The position numbers were made by a program, and so were the translations under genes. From the NCBI RefSeq assembly GCF_037042905.1, contig NC_087251.1, positions 20,586,001 through 20,650,000 on the forward strand: a stretch of DNA of 64,000 nt. The letters run 5' to 3'. The notes below the pieces were generated by a model that did no database searches, was not told where the DNA came from, and saw nothing but the letters and a program-made list of their open reading frames with translations. Position 1 is the first letter of the stretch; every line of letters begins with the position of its first letter. The DNA comes from Lytechinus pictus (lineage: Eukaryota). Below, piece by piece: positions 11,745-26,230 of this stretch.

Positions 11745-14056
11745 GTTTGTTGCCTGTCTGGAGTGATTGACTGACGCTTTAGTGCTTGTTGTCCACCTAT
11801 TATCCTTCTTTGCATGCACCCTCTACCCTGTTCACACTTAAAACAGGGAGTTTAGAGAACATGCTTTAAACAAACACTGGTATGAAGCAGGCTCTCAAGC
11901 TCCCTGCATGAAGGAAGATACATATATGTAGATGCTCAAGTTTACATTAACAGCTTTGAACCTTTTCCAAGTTCTGAGTTTCCACAGATTTTTCCTGGCT
12001 TAATAAAAAAAAATGAGAGCAGTTGAGGTGGGCACTCATCTACCCAAGGTAATCACATTCATGGCCTTGAGTTAATCTAAGCCTACATGTACAGTAAGTG
12101 GTATTGTACTTGCAAATTTCAACAACTGCAGAACTCTAAATTAACTTCAAATGACTTAATTGTATAAATTTATGAGTTGTTAGTGTGAACAGGGTCTTGG
12201 ATAAATCAGGATTAGATTACTAACCATTCTACCTTTCATACACTGCATTGCTTATCCTTTCATTTACTATACATAGCCTTATTTCTTCCTTGAAACCAGG
12301 GTCGAAACCATAAGGAACTAGATGAGAAGATGCAGAAGGGATCCTGAGCCAAACTAGCTATGATTGTCACGTCTCAGCACCCTTTTACTGTAGCTCTTTA
12401 ATAGACCTCAATTACAAATTTATTGTTTATCTACTGTTGAATGTTTTTTTTTTTTTACATTCTTTTCAGCTTAATAAGATAAATCTGTACGTCCATGTGC
12501 ATGTAGCTTTGTGTGTGGGGGTGAGTGTGTTTGTGTGGGGAGGGGATGTAAAGCTCTAAATTTGGAATAATGATGAACTTGTTACAGTGTAGATTTAGTT
12601 CTTTGCTCACATATTCATATTTTCTATCTATAGATAAAGAGATGAAAGGGGAAATTTGTTCAGTTTTTCAATAAGTTATTTGAAACTATTTGGTTATAAA
12701 TGGCTATGCATACATGTATTTCCATCTAAAAACTTGACCTTGTTGTCTTTTCAAATACTTTATACTGGCAGTGATAAAATAGTGGTTTGATTAAACATTA
12801 CCAAAAAAATTAGTTTAGAGAAACTTTATGAAGTACATGTAGACAGAATGTTTAACAAAATAATAATGAGTTTAGATTTTATATTCAGAAGTTTTTTTTT
12901 TTGCATCCAAAAAGTGTGCAGTGTTTTTCACACCCTCCCATGTACATTTCCAGCACTAGCCCTTTTCATGTACACTGAACACCATGTACATGTAATGAAC
13001 ATTTACACCAGAATGATAAATATGTAGTGTAGAAGAGGTCTGTAGAACTTTACTTAGTTATAATTTTATGATTTTATCAACATGCATGTCTGTACATTAT
13101 CACCATCTGCACGGTATTGACATTGTCATCATTACATGTAGACTGTGCTGGTTTTAATTTTGCATCTTCAGTGTTTGCGTTTTGTTCATTTTTTTTGTTG
13201 ATCCAGTACTTTACACATTCCCATCCTCAAACTGTTGAATGCATGTGTTTTGAAAATGTACTTTGTAAATCATTTACCACAACCCTTTTTTTTCAAATGT
13301 TAAGTACACCTGCATGCACTGTAGACATGTTCAAGTAGAAAACACAAATACTATAGAGCCTACATGTACTATCAAAAGGCAATATTTCCATGTTCAGAAT
13401 AATGTATTCATGTACACTGTATACTGCAAATATTTAATGATATTTTAAAAATAGAGAAACATGTACTCTACATGTATTGATGAAGGTTTGACAAAACTTC
13501 AACCAAAAAAATATGTTTAGATACGGTACATATTACTTTATGATTTTTATGAGAGTTATTTTTGTAAATATGTAGTTATGATTTTTTTTAAGAGTTAATA
13601 TTTTTTGATATGCTATCAGCTCCCTCATTATACTGAAAGAGAACATAATTACGTTACCATCAGAATTAGAAAGAACAAGGAATTTCATTGTCAATATGAT
13701 ACATACATGTATTTCTGGAGTAAAATTACATTTTTGTTTCCAAAATACAACAAAAAGCATTAATACTGGTAACGTAAATCTCATCTATAATGCATCAGAG
13801 AAAATCTAAATCAATCATGTTTGAAGTGCATCTGGATGTTTGTGACGTGAATGTACTTCTACATGTACATGTAATTGTGGATAAGCTACATGTTTATAAA
13901 ATATTTTGTTATCCAGCTACATGTAAGCCACGTCATACTGTATGTTCGTAGTACATGTACTTGAAATGGGAGAAAGCAGAATTTAGACCAAGGATTCTGC
14001 TTTTTTAAGAACTTGTTGAGAAACTCTCTATGAAAACAATTAACCACAAGTTATTT

Positions 14057-14415
14057 CCCGAGGGGGGGGGGCAGTCAAATATATTGCTGTACACACACGT
14101 GACCAAAAAAACGTGTTTAAAGGGGTGTTTTTTCAGTTTGGACGCAGGCGGCACGTGCACTCGTTAAGGGTATCAAAAACACAAATTTTCAAAAAAGGGG
14201 GTATTTAGGGTATGCTTTTTTCCCAAGCCTTTTCCCCGGGGTCATATTCTGGCTTGTTTTGGTGCCAAATTTGTAAATAAAGCCTGCAAAAAACTTGTTT
14301 AGGGGGTTATTTTGCACACAGAGAAATACTCGTTTAGGGGGTGTTTGATATTAATAATTTGGCCACGCGTGTGTACAGCAATACATTTGACTGCCCCCCC
14401 CCCCTCCCTCCCGGG
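14057..14415. mobile_element. Unclassified TIR MITE (CCCG-G-run termini)
   Basis: GGGGCAGTCAAATATATTGCTGTACACAC...GTGTGTACAGCAATACATTTGACTGCCCC; direct repeat TTATTT (or GTTATTTC) on both sides. Confidence 0.75.
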
Positions 14416-16576
14416 TTATTTCTTTAGAGTTAATTATGTCAAATATTTGTGCAAAGTGGCAATTTACATGCATGTTTTCCCTGGATTATTAGGCTTGTAC
14501 ACTAATCCACAAATCAAGGATAAATAAATTGCTCAGTAAATGTGCAGGAATGAACTTGTCATATGAATTAGTGCTGAGCCTGGTGTGGAATGTATTGATT
14601 TGGTCTTTGCTGTGATCTATCCTCGCTTAAATTTGACAAGTATTAATAAATTTGTAAGTACCTGTTTGTGAAAAAGAACTTCTGCTCCTACATTTGTTTC
14701 AAATTTGTTTGACAACTAACAAAAAAAATGCCTCTTTAGTTTGCTGTAAGTTCCTACTGTAATTCCTCTTTTGGAATTCTTGTTGCAGTGTTCTGAAGAG
14801 TATTAACAAGACTTATAGCAATGAGTGTTTTTGTTTTGAGCAGTTGTAATCAAATCAACTAACTACGTGTACAAGTTAAGGGCAAATGGGCAATCCAACC
14901 TCGATAATGAAGTGGTACAGTACATATACTGTTAATTGGAAAACAGGGGGGGGGGAAACAAGGTTTTAAATGCTTGAAAAAATGGTCAGTAGGACAAGGA
15001 ATAAGAAGTTGATTGTTTTGACAAATGACATCCAAGCAAATCTCAAATTTCTAATTTAGTGATTCAACCTTTGCATGGTAGTGGATCACTCTTCCTAAAT
15101 TTTCAAGATTTCAAAAACTTGAACATGATTGCCTTTCACATGTATGCACATTATTGTATATTTTGCTTGTAATAACAAAGGGTTTTTGAACCCCTCAAAG
15201 CCAGTAAATATAATACACATAAATATACTTCATTTGTCCAAACTTTCATGAAACCACTTCTCTAATTATCTGTTTTTCAACTTTGAAACAACTCATCATG
15301 AGGGTTGGATTTCCTAACAAAGCTTAAATTGCAATTAACTACATGTAGTAGAAAAAATGTGTTCTTGTAAGGCCTACACATGACAAATAAATTTCTATTT
15401 TATATATTGCCTTTACTTCTGATGCAGGGCTGCTTCTTGTGCGATTTTTCTCTTAAAGTCTGCCACTTGGTAACCAAAAAAATATTTCTGGGCAGAGAAA
15501 CTGATAAGTTCTCACACTATATGACTACAGTGTACATAATTTGTTGGGATCAATGGATTCATTTGTTTATTTTTTCCCTGTTGCATTGTTATTCTGATGG
15601 GAAAGGCTGGTAGGATGTCATTTAAAATTACTCATCCAAATATCACTATTGCATGGCTATTTGACTTTCAATGATAATGATATTCATTATACTGTTCATA
15701 AAAAGGGAAACTGTCTACAGTTCTACATGTACACAGTACTAGCTTTTCTGATAGTCTTTGAAACATATACATGTAGAGTTGTACAGGTCTTTCAAAAGTT
15801 CTTTAAAAAGTTACTCATTCGTTAAATATTTGGATAAAGTTATTGTCAACCGAAAATTCACGTGAAAAATAATGTTTCTTCATTTTCATACAACTTTTGC
15901 AGATGGTAATAGGTAAAATTTTATCAAAAGTTTTTATGCCTGTATACATGAATGTGTACATTAAGTTTGATAAGTGTATACTTTTCTGTCTTGAGGTGGG
16001 GGGGGGGGGTTGCACCCACAAATGTACACCATGTACATGTAATAACACTTTACCCACAAATGTTCATGTAAAGGGTTTGGGGCATTCGACTTCATGTACA
16101 TGTATTAGTCCTTTGAAACATACATGTACTAATCATTTGTAGCCCTTTATCACATTAATTATAAAACACTTTGCAAAAAGAAATATTTTCTCTTTTAGAG
16201 TCAACTCTCTTTGCAATGTTATTTTTTTTATTTGTTAGATACATGTACATGAATATCCCAAAGAATTTGTCACTGCATGTATATTTATTTCCTTTATGTA
16301 CTCATTTTATAGGGCATGTCAACGAAAAATTTAGATATTACAAGAAAATGATCTTTGACTGTGTGGAGCTTAGTGAGTCTACAAATGTAGTTTCTGTACT
16401 CATGTGCATGTGTGTTGTGCTTTTTGTAAGTCATAACCAATTGGGTTGTTTTCCACATTTTTCACTAGGTCTCCGTCACCATCCCAATGAGACAAAGTTA
16501 GAATTCACCATTCTAGGAGTTTAATATAGCAGTTTCGTGAATTTTCTAACTCTTACTATTTCATTTGCAACCTCAG

Positions 16577-17287
16577 TGTCAACAGGACCTACCCATGATG
16601 TCCCCTGGATCTATCACAGCACAATCAACAAGGAATGGAGAATATCCAGAGAACAGATTCTCTCTCGCTCTTGATGCCAACGATGAGAGCCAGCTCATTG
16701 TTAACTCTACAAAGTCCAAGGGGAAGGACGGTAAACGGGCACCGGATCCAGCCGAGAAACCTGACAAGACAAAACTCAGCAGGAAGGATTCTAAGAAAGA
16801 GGAGCGTGCCAAGGAGAAGGAGAGGGCCAGGGAGAAGGAGAACCAGAAACGAGAGTCTCCTGTCCCCATAGTCCAACAGCAACCGAAGATCGGTCAATCT
16901 CCTCTTGCCGATATGAACCAGATCATGATGGACAAGAATGGAAAGGGACCAAAGAAAGAGAAGACAGAAAAGGCCAAATCACCAAAGGCCCCTAGAGGAC
17001 GTGGCTCGGGTAAAGCCTCGCCTAGGAGGGAAGGCAAGAAAGAGAAAAACTTTGACCTGGAGGGGCTCCTTCCTGCATCTGATCCAAAGGAGGAAAGGTC
17101 CCTAGAAGGAATCAACTTTTCAATGTCTGGATTGGAGACAACGGAAAGTGATGGACTGTTGTCATCGACCTCAACTACTGGAGGCCTCACCTCTGGACCT
17201 TCGGGATCGGTGCAGCATACCCCTGTGCCATCTTCACCACCACCCTCTTCACCTCCTGCTTCAGCAGCAAGTGCTGGAAGTGATCAG
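16577..17287 (+). CDS. C1orf198: C1orf198 homologue, coding exon 3 (K/E-rich and S/P-rich low-complexity region)
   Basis: CTCAG acceptor ending 16576, 711-nt open frame (ORF 16565..17359), CAG|GTATGT donor at 17288; phase consistent with flanking exons. Confidence 0.85.
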
Positions 17288-17431
17288 GTATGTATTTTGA
17301 ACACTTTAGACTACAGTCATCATGCTCCATCATACAAACTTCATAATAAAAGTACATAGAATTTCACATTCAAATAAGATGTTGTGATTGTTTTGTTTTT
17401 TTCTATTTATTGAAATAACTTGTTATTGTTA

Positions 17432-17688
17432 TAGAGTACTGAAGTATGACGTCAGTTGCCATGGTGTCATGGCGGGCTGGTTCTCAACAGTCACAGCTGA
17501 CGATCGTCTGTACGCATTTGTATGACTTTAGTTCGTCTGAATAATGGGTTGCAAGCGATCAAATTCCGGTAGCAGCCATGTTCTCCTATGAGAAACCCAC
17601 GCTTTCATTCGGCGGGTCCATTTGTTTTGAACCAGTCCGTCATGACACCATGGCAACTGACGTCATCACTCATCACTTCGGTACTCTA
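17432..17688. mobile_element. Palindromic MITE
   Basis: TAGAGTACTGAAGT..ATGACGTCAGTTGCCATGGTGTCATG / CATGACACCATGGCAACTGACGTCAT..ACTTCGGTACTCTA. Confidence 0.7.
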
Positions 17689-17975
17689 TTGGGATGGACT
17701 AGGTATTTTAAATAAGGAATTAAATTACTTTATTGAAGTCCATATTTCTCTTGTCAATTCTTTTTATAAGATTTTTTTTTTCTCAGAATGCAATTTATTG
17801 ATTGACTCTTCGGTGATTTACTAATGGATAAAATCAATATTAGGATTCTGTTATTGTATCTGTAAAAAAGAAATGTTAAAAATGATTTTAGCTTCATGAG
17901 TTGATCAATCCCTGAAATATTTTGTAGGCTCATTTACAATGCCCACAATACATTGAAAACCATATTTACATGTAA

Positions 17976-18515
17976 AGGTCAAGTCCACCCCCAGAAAATT
18001 TTTGATTTGAATCAATAGAGAATAACACTGAAAATTTCATCTAAATCGGATGTAAAATATGAAATATATGACAGACATTTTTAACTTCCCTTAATTTCAC
18101 AGAACAGTTATGTGCACATATTGGTCGGTATGCAAATGAGGGGACTGATGACATCACCCACTAACCACTAAAACAAAGTTTTATTCCTTCCTGAACATGT
18201 AGAATTACCATTGTTCATACATGTATTATGGTTCGGTCAAGTTGGTCCTTATTATCAAATCTGTAAAAATTGATATATTGTATAATTCAAACAATAAAAA
18301 ATAACAGAAATAGTGAGTGAGGGACATCATCGACTCTGTCATTTAAATGTCACTGAGCTATGCATATAACTGTTTTATGAAAAATGAGCGAAACTTTAGG
18401 ATGTCTTATTTTTGAAATTTCCTATTTTGCATATATGATTTTGATGAAATTTTTAGTGTTACATGTATACTTGTTTTATTTTTCTCAATTGATTTTTCTG
18501 GGGTGGACTTGGCCT
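17976..18515. mobile_element. Kolobok-like MITE (AGGTCAAGTCCACCC family)
   Basis: AGGTCAAGTCCACCCC...GGGGTGGACTTGGCCT; left TTAA altered to TTACATGTAA; related partial copies end near 4585, 5457 and 11530. Confidence 0.75.
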
Positions 18516-18887
18516 TAAAAAAGGAGGGGGAGTGGAAACTTAATATCTGCTCAAAACTTGATTTTGATAATGTACTGTAAGTAATAGTCAGTTCTTTTAT
18601 AGCACATATCATGTACCATCTCATCTTGGCCTTGGAACTGTGATATTATTACCCTAGCCTAGCCTGGCAAACCTTTAACAGCACAAAAAAGTAATGATTT
18701 AATTACAACAATAATTTTCTTACAATTCTTTGAGAATTGTAGACATACTACATGAAACATGATTATCGCACCATCAAGCTTAACAGATTAACTTATAATG
18801 TAAGGAATTGTTTTAACGATTCTAAGTCACTTTGATAAGAAATCTGTATATTGAACTTCTAATTACTTGATGAAGGTATAGAGTTAT

Positions 18888-19035
18888 ACTTTAGTCACAT
18901 TTGCTGTACGGCAACCATACAGCGAATTGAAAATAGCAATTTTATTCATTTTTATTCAACCACCTATATGTAGCTGGTACAAAAATGTTAAAATGGCTGT
19001 TTTCAACTTGCCGTAGAGCAAATGTGACTGAGGTA
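18888..19035. mobile_element. Small palindromic MITE
   Basis: TAGTCACATTTGCTGTACGGC...GCCGTAGAGCAAATGTGACTGA. Confidence 0.65.
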
Positions 19036-19277
19036 TTAAATAGTCATCCAACTTTCATACATTTATCAGTTTCTTAAATCATTGGTTTTTATTTTTGCTG
19101 TAGAAAGTATAAACATCCTTTTGCTATTAAATCAATTAGTTAATTACATGTATATGTAAATGAAAACTTTACATTATCTTATTGCACACTTCACTTTAGT
19201 TGAATCAATTTAAAGAACCCCCCCCCCAAAAAAAAAAAAAATATATATATATGTTTGTAATTTCACTTCCATTTCGT

Positions 19278-19537
19278 GGGGCATCGTGGTCTAGTGGTTA
19301 CGAATCTCGTCTTTCAATGAGAGGGGTGTGGGTTCAAATCTCAGCCATGGCCTGTTTTCCTTTAAGAAATTTATCCACATTGTGTTGCACTCAACCCAGG
19401 TGAGGTGAATGGGAACCCGGCATGTACCAAGCGCCTTCAGCAGCTGGAGCTACAGCCGGGGTAATATATAGTGCGCCATTGAATAGGAAACTATATAAAT
19501 CGGCGCCTCATAAATGCTATATATCATTATTATTATT
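19278..19537 (+). mobile_element. tRNA-derived SINE in the last C1orf198 intron
   Basis: A box TGGTCTAGTGG, B box GGTTCAAATC, CACTCAACCCAGGTG domain, (TTA)n tail. Confidence 0.75.
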
Positions 19538-19587
19538 CCATTCCATAAGTGAATTTAAATATTTTCCTTCTTTGATTCCATCCATAG

Positions 19588-19662
19588 GCTTCTGCTTCAG
19601 AAGGTGGCGGAGGAGCCGAAGGAGAGGAAGGGGCTTCCTTCGATTTCTTATTAGCATGGTAA
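19588..19662 (+). CDS. C1orf198: C1orf198 homologue, last coding exon (ASASEGGGGAEGEEGASFDFLLAW*)
   Basis: Pyrimidine tract + TAG acceptor ending 19587; C-terminal FDFLxxW-stop like the recalled C1orf198 terminus (GFDFLDNW). Confidence 0.88.
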   Translation, partial: ASASEGGGGAEGEEGASFDFLLAW

Positions 19663-21337
19663 CCAACCATCCACCGATGACAGCTAGGGCTGGATCAGCT
19701 AAGGATTAAAGAAATAACATTAATGGTTATGAAAAGCCATGTAACTTGTAACTTTATCTTGAGCTTTGCCATGAATATTTGTAATGTACATGTACAGCTT
19801 CATGTTTTATGTCGCCATATGAAAAGAATGAACTTGCTGGCTCCAAGTAGTTTTTTTTTTGTTCAAAGTGAAATGCCAACAGGGTAGTATCATTTGAAAT
19901 ACATGTATAGGCCAAAATGGGTGTTCTAAATGTATTACTGCCTTCCAATGGCATAAGGAAGTATTAAAGTAATGTATTTGAATTATTAGTATTTTCTTAT
20001 TGCACTCTTTTTTGGGTTCAAATTTGCATTTGTTTTTGCGACACAAAGAAAGAGCAACATTTGTGATGCTCAAGCAACTCTTTTTATAGACTGTTGTTAC
20101 AAGTTCACTGTGGTCAGATGTATGACATCACACAATCTTAGTTCGTGCTGATGGGTTGTTTTTTTCTTTGGATCAGGCATGCTTCCGAGATCTTCAAGGA
20201 TGTAGAGCTAAATGTCCTTCATAGATTCAAAAGGAGAATTGTTGAGCCATTTGCTACTAAAGCAGCTTTTCCATTTTGGGCATGAACTGCAGATTCTACA
20301 TAGACCGTGTTGATTGTAAGAGAACAGCCTATTACATGTACTGTATGTGCATCTCTTGATAAGAGATATGTTGTGCAAGATGTAGTTTTTCATTAACATT
20401 CGTGTAAATCAGAGATAAATTTTGCTCTTTGGTTGGAAATATCACATTTCTCACTTACTTCCTTTTGCCATTAGACTATAAAAAAATAAGTGTTTCTCCT
20501 GAGGAGAAATCAAGGCATATCAAGTTATATAAACAAATTATAAAAGAAAATTGCAAGAGGGGATGAGAAACATTTTTTTGGGGGGGGGCTTTTAGGTCAG
20601 TGTGGTGTTTTGGCCATGGTGTTGTATTTCTGAATTCTTGCCATTTGTAGACACTATTAACGGCAATTGTCAGTAGTTATTCAGCTGATTTATGTACAAG
20701 AATAGACGAGCATTATAAAAAAAAATTAAATGAATGTATGCATTATCAGTCCTCAAATAATATTGCCCTTGCTTTTAGTAGGCATTTTTTTTTTAATTCT
20801 CTGCTGGAAAGAGAAGTTTGGCTCCATGAGTCACTTCAATCGTTAGATATTCCTAGATCAGCATTTGTACTGCATGTGGCTATTAGTATTGCTCCAAGAA
20901 CTTCTTGAGTACAAAATGGGAATTCCGATTGAAGTGGGCTGACCAGGGTGCTCTTCCCATAAAGCTGTTTGTAAGTAATGCACGACTTCTACACATGACT
21001 GTTGAGCTGATTATGAGTCAAGTTTTCACCGGTTTAAAAAAAAAACAGACTGATGTGTTCATAAACCTCATCAAACTTTTACAAATAATAGTTTGCATTT
21101 TGCTCGTTAACAAAGAGGATTTTGAGAGATCAGATTTCAACTAGCTGCAGGGGAATAAAATTGATTGAGAATCTGATATCACCAAAGAAGTGGTCACCGG
21201 TCGTATGTATAAAGTCATCCCATAACTTTCAAACATCTTCATGAAGCAGTGGCGCCCCATTATATGTTGCATGGTCTATGCCCCTATGCACAGGCAGTTG
21301 ATGTCTTTTTTTTTCTGAACTCGCACTTTACTAGTTA

Positions 21338-21739
21338 AGACCACCGCACACCTTACAACTGTTCGCGATCCGATTTTGGAACAAATCGCATTTTGCTCAT
21401 TTTCTAAAAATGTGAATGGAACATATCATTTTATTTGAGGTTAAAATTAATTGAAAGAATACATTTTGAAAGATTGCAAGCCTTTATTTTGGAGTAAAGG
21501 CAAAATTGGTTTCAAATTGTAGCCAATCGTACGACTGCTATGACATCATTACGACTAGATATCAAATTTGCTTTTATTCTAAGGATGATAGCATAGTCAC
21601 AGATTTGATCATAGGTATTCGTACGATGATTTTGAACATTACACAGTAAGATATTCCTTGTCTCAGTATTAGCATCAAATTCTACTAGATTTTATTCCAA
21701 AGTCGGGTCGCAGATCAATCGTAAGGTGTGCGATCGCCT
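21338..21739. mobile_element. Harbinger-like MITE in the putative C1orf198 3' UTR
   Basis: TTA|AGACCACCGCACACCTTAC...GTAAGGTGTGCGATCGCCT|TTA. Confidence 0.7.
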
Positions 21740-24700
21740 TTAGTATTGCCCAAGTAATAGGGACAGGATTCTTCAATAGATGCAGGTACTGCTTTCTCTG
21801 TGGTGCTAAGCTGGCAGAGAAGCCATTTAAAGTTTGTACATGGTGTGGCTTGAGTAGTTGTAGATACCGTACTAGTTGGTACTCAATCATGTTCTTTGAA
21901 TCAATGCAAGTGCTACCTGCAGGTATTGTCCAGTAACACAACAGGTGCTATAGATTTCTGGATTACGCCCTCTTCCTTTCTATGCAGTCATGGCTCAAGG
22001 GGCTTCAGAATGGAGGTGGACATTGGACCTTTTTGTTGTAAAGATTTGTATTTTATTAGTTGTGGGGGGGGGGGGGTCATTGATATGTAAGATATATATA
22101 GTTTAAAAGAAATGTAGTATAATATATTGAAGAAACTTTTATTTTGCTTGTTCTGTAGTCTGTACCAGCCCATTTTCAAAGTAACCCTATTCCCATTTCC
22201 TTTCCCCTTGAAAGTAAATCTCCAGATTCCAGAGCTGTCTGTTTCATTTTACACAATGCCAATCCTTGAATCGAGTTGTAGAATATAATCAATGCAAAGT
22301 GGGTTTCTTTCTTCATTTGTCATTGAAAGAATATCAAACTTATGAACTTTCTCTTGAGGTGATGTCAAGGTTTCCTCCGTAAGATTGGATGTAGCAGAGA
22401 ATCAGGAATAAAGATTTCTTTGTTGGAAGAATTGTGTAGGGCTGTAAGAAATGGTTGTCATGAAGGATATTACTCTCTTTTAGACAAACTGAACATGCTC
22501 TTTGGTTGGGGAAGGAGGTATTTATTGAAGGATTTTGCTGAAGTAAAATGGCTACCTTGGGCCTATAAAGAAGATTAGATGGTGGGGTAGTTTAATTATC
22601 TGTTTAACATGCAGTCTGTTTTGCAAAATGTGAGTTATCATTTGCATCGATATTAAATCGTCAGATAAATATTTGTTTGATTTTGTAGAATTGCAGACAG
22701 AAAACAGATTGTATCAGTATATTCTGTGTCATAATAAACAATTTATCAATCCACGTTTTTGAAAGCAATCCTATTTAAGAGATGATGCTAATCTCAGGAT
22801 TATCACCATTGGTCATGTCTTAATCCATTTAATCTGATTTTGTATGCTCCAGTACTTTCACACTTCTTCCTGTCAAGAAAATTCACATAAGGCAACAAAA
22901 TATCTGACGATTATTTTATGTGATAACACTTTACCTTTACATGCAAATTCTTAAAGATTTAGCATGTGACAATGTGCATGTGCTAGCTGATGTTTGGTGA
23001 GATTGAAGTTCTTGTAATTTGTAAATTCCTGGTAACCTATTAATTTCAGTTGTTGAGAGGAGAGCACTTCTCTTTCACATTTTCAGGCTAAATGCCTGTG
23101 AGTTAAACAATATGTTTGAACAAATTACATTTTTGGATTCCCATTAATTTAGCACACATTTTCAAAATTAGAAGAATACATATTTTCATCATTAGGAAGA
23201 TGTGACAGCAGATGATCATGATCATACTATTTGCAGATTACCTTGATAAAAGATTATTTCGTAGTGCATGTCTGTGAGTTGTTTGCAGTAGAATTTGCAC
23301 TATTTGGAAATACCCCCCCCCCCCCCATTCTTGTATTCAGTGTAAAATTGTCCCCACCCAACTTTTTCTGTGTAACTATTAGAGTCAAGTCTCAGTTTGC
23401 AGTTTTTAGTGACAAAGCAGTATGTTATCTGCTTGCTATTGACACATATCTGAGCTAACCAGTATCAGATTACTCATCTCTCAATGATATCTCCAGGCAT
23501 AATCTTCTACTAGAAATCAAGAAGAAGCAATTATTGCTTTGCAATATACTTTACATGTACATTTCTAACTATTAATAGTTTTGCTATTACTTGCAGGTCT
23601 AGGTTCAGACATATGCATGAATGTTTTTCATATAGTGCAGTATTTAGAGTCTACCTGCAATATGATTCTGTTCAATACATTTGTGGTACGAATAAGTACT
23701 ACAAATCTTCAAATCTCAACATTCATATTTTCTTAGGCTTCATTTCCTGAAGCATTGTTATTTTTCTTATGAGTAATTTTCAATTTTGGAGTTTCAAGTT
23801 TGTGAAAAGATTTCTGGTGAATATTTTCAGCAGTCTTAAATTGTGATTTGTTAATGATTTGTACTTGAAAATATGAGAAGTTTGACATATGTGCATTTAC
23901 CACTGCTTATGGTAAGCCATGTATGAAATGTTGCAAATGTTGTAAGCAATTTTATGGAACACCTTAAATATAATTTGTAATGAGTTTTCATAGTGTGATA
24001 GAAAAAATAAATCAGTCATTTTCATTGTATTCATATTTATTGTTTATACAAAACTTCTACATGTACCTGTAGTTTCATTGATATGAAAACTTATCAACCA
24101 CTGCTCTGGTCTCATTTGGGAACAAAATTCAGTAAATTTTTGCTTGTTTAGGAAATAAACCATCAAAACAAGAATCAACAACACAATATTTGTGATATAT
24201 GGTGTTTTTTTAGCGGGGTATCATATTTATTTGTCCCCAAGTACTTGTGAAGTTAATCACACTGTACAACTTCCATTTAAATGGATTATACATTGTAATA
24301 TGTATTCAAATTTATTTAAAGCAGTGCTGATTAAAAGTTATTATATTCATTCCTATCCAACTGCAGTCTTTGAATTGGGAATATGATTCCAATCTAATGC
24401 AACCAACTTGAATAGCCTACAGTGCAGACACTCCACTCCCCCAATTTTATTAGGTAGTTGGAGAGATAGTCTGTTGAATAGGACTTAAGAAGGTGTCAAA
24501 TCATAGCCAAAAGCTCAAAAATTTGCTAATTTGGTTGTATACTGTATTCAAACATAATGATTTGATTTTCATTTAACTTTATTGGTGTGGAGTATCCATG
24601 TTTGTTATACTTATGTTTAAAATAGAATATATATGTATATTTATGTTTGAGACTGAATGTATTCAGGAAGCTCTCTGTGTGCCAAAATATTTATTTATTC

Positions 24701-26230
24701 ATATATATGTTTGTTTAGTTCGTGAATTTGTTACATCAGCGCTGCAATTTAGCTGTTAGGCACTTGTGTATGTTTTTAGATACATCATAATGTCTTGTAT
24801 TGTTTATGTATTCTCATTTATTAGTTTTATATTTTTCTATTGATTGATTTATTTTTTAGTACCAGTAGGTATAGAGATTTACAGGTATGTGTTTCATTTT
24901 ATGTTTCGATGCATGTGACCAAGTGTATTTGTTTTCTAGTATCATTAATAATGTAATTTGAGAAGACACATATTTGAGGAGGGTAGGATATGTAAGAATA
25001 TAATGCAATTATATCCAGAACAACCCCTGTCTTGTTGACCATTACACCCATCCCCCTCCGCGACTCCATTCAGAGACTGGACCTGTAGTACAGGGGCAAG
25101 TTTCACATAGAGAACTTATAACTTTGTCATTATGGTAAATACCTTGATAACAGAGCTCTGGGCTCAATCAGAATCAAAGTTTTCATGGTAATTATTATAA
25201 TCCAAGTCTTTATGAAAAGGGGATGAGGGTGATGTTTTAAAACACATTTTTTGGGGGAAACTTTTTACCATTGACCAACACAATTTTGTAACTCTCAATT
25301 CATCATTAGAACTTGGCTCAGCTTTCTTTTACCAGTTCTTAATTCAGTATCAAAAGACTATGTTAAGGTGTCTTCCCTAAATAAGTTTATAAATTTTCAA
25401 TAAAATGATCTGCTTGCATTCGGGCTTTTGAGAGAGTTGATACATTTGGGGTCATTTCACCTTGTGTCAATTAATTTGGTTTCCAGATCAAATTACCGTC
25501 AATGCTTAAGGTAATCTATTAGATAAAGATATACTAGTATTTTATTTCATTGCTCGTCAATGAGCTACATGTAAAACCCTCAAGAGGGCGTTTTCTCTGA
25601 AGGACAATATATTTTGATATTTCATTCAGGGTTCAATCCTTGTCTACTGTACCTATGCCCTTGAGCAAGGCAATCAACAGAGCTATTTTGTTGGTGCCAA
25701 TGTGTGCACATGTTTAAAAAAAGGGGACACATAATGCCCAAACTGATCGTTTATATGCAATTATACATAATTGTATGTATTTAAGATTGTAGAGTATTCA
25801 ACAATTTCTATTTTAGTATTTCTTAGCATGATGTATTCCTCTAATACATGTATATAGCTTACTGCATGCTCCTGAAGTTGATTTACTATAATTTTTTCTG
25901 AAATAAAGTAGTTTAACTTAGATATCTGATTCTATTTGAATGTTCAGTAAACTTGTTCATCTGTGAATTATATGCTGGGTGCTTTTTTGAAAAACATGTG
26001 AGAGAGATTATTTCTAGTTATTGAAATCATGTATCAATGTATAGGAAATGAAGGACACCCTTTGATTCATCAAGAACAATATTTTCCCCATTAAAACAGT
26101 AACGATTTTCCTTAAAATGATGATGAAGTATTATTGGTTTGCACTATGTATTTCAGATTTCTCTAATTCATTCCAGCTGGCATAATTACTAGACTACATT
26201 ACAAATGTTCCATCCTGGGTAAGGGTCCTG

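Noticed and set aside
16469..16497. Possible micro-exon (TAG|GTCTCCGTCACC...) just before C1orf198 exon 3
   Set aside because: 28 nt to the next GT would break the frame, and the donor is weak.
16579..17190. Antisense and alternative-frame ORFs over C1orf198 exon 3
   Set aside because: Shadow ORFs of a real low-complexity coding exon.
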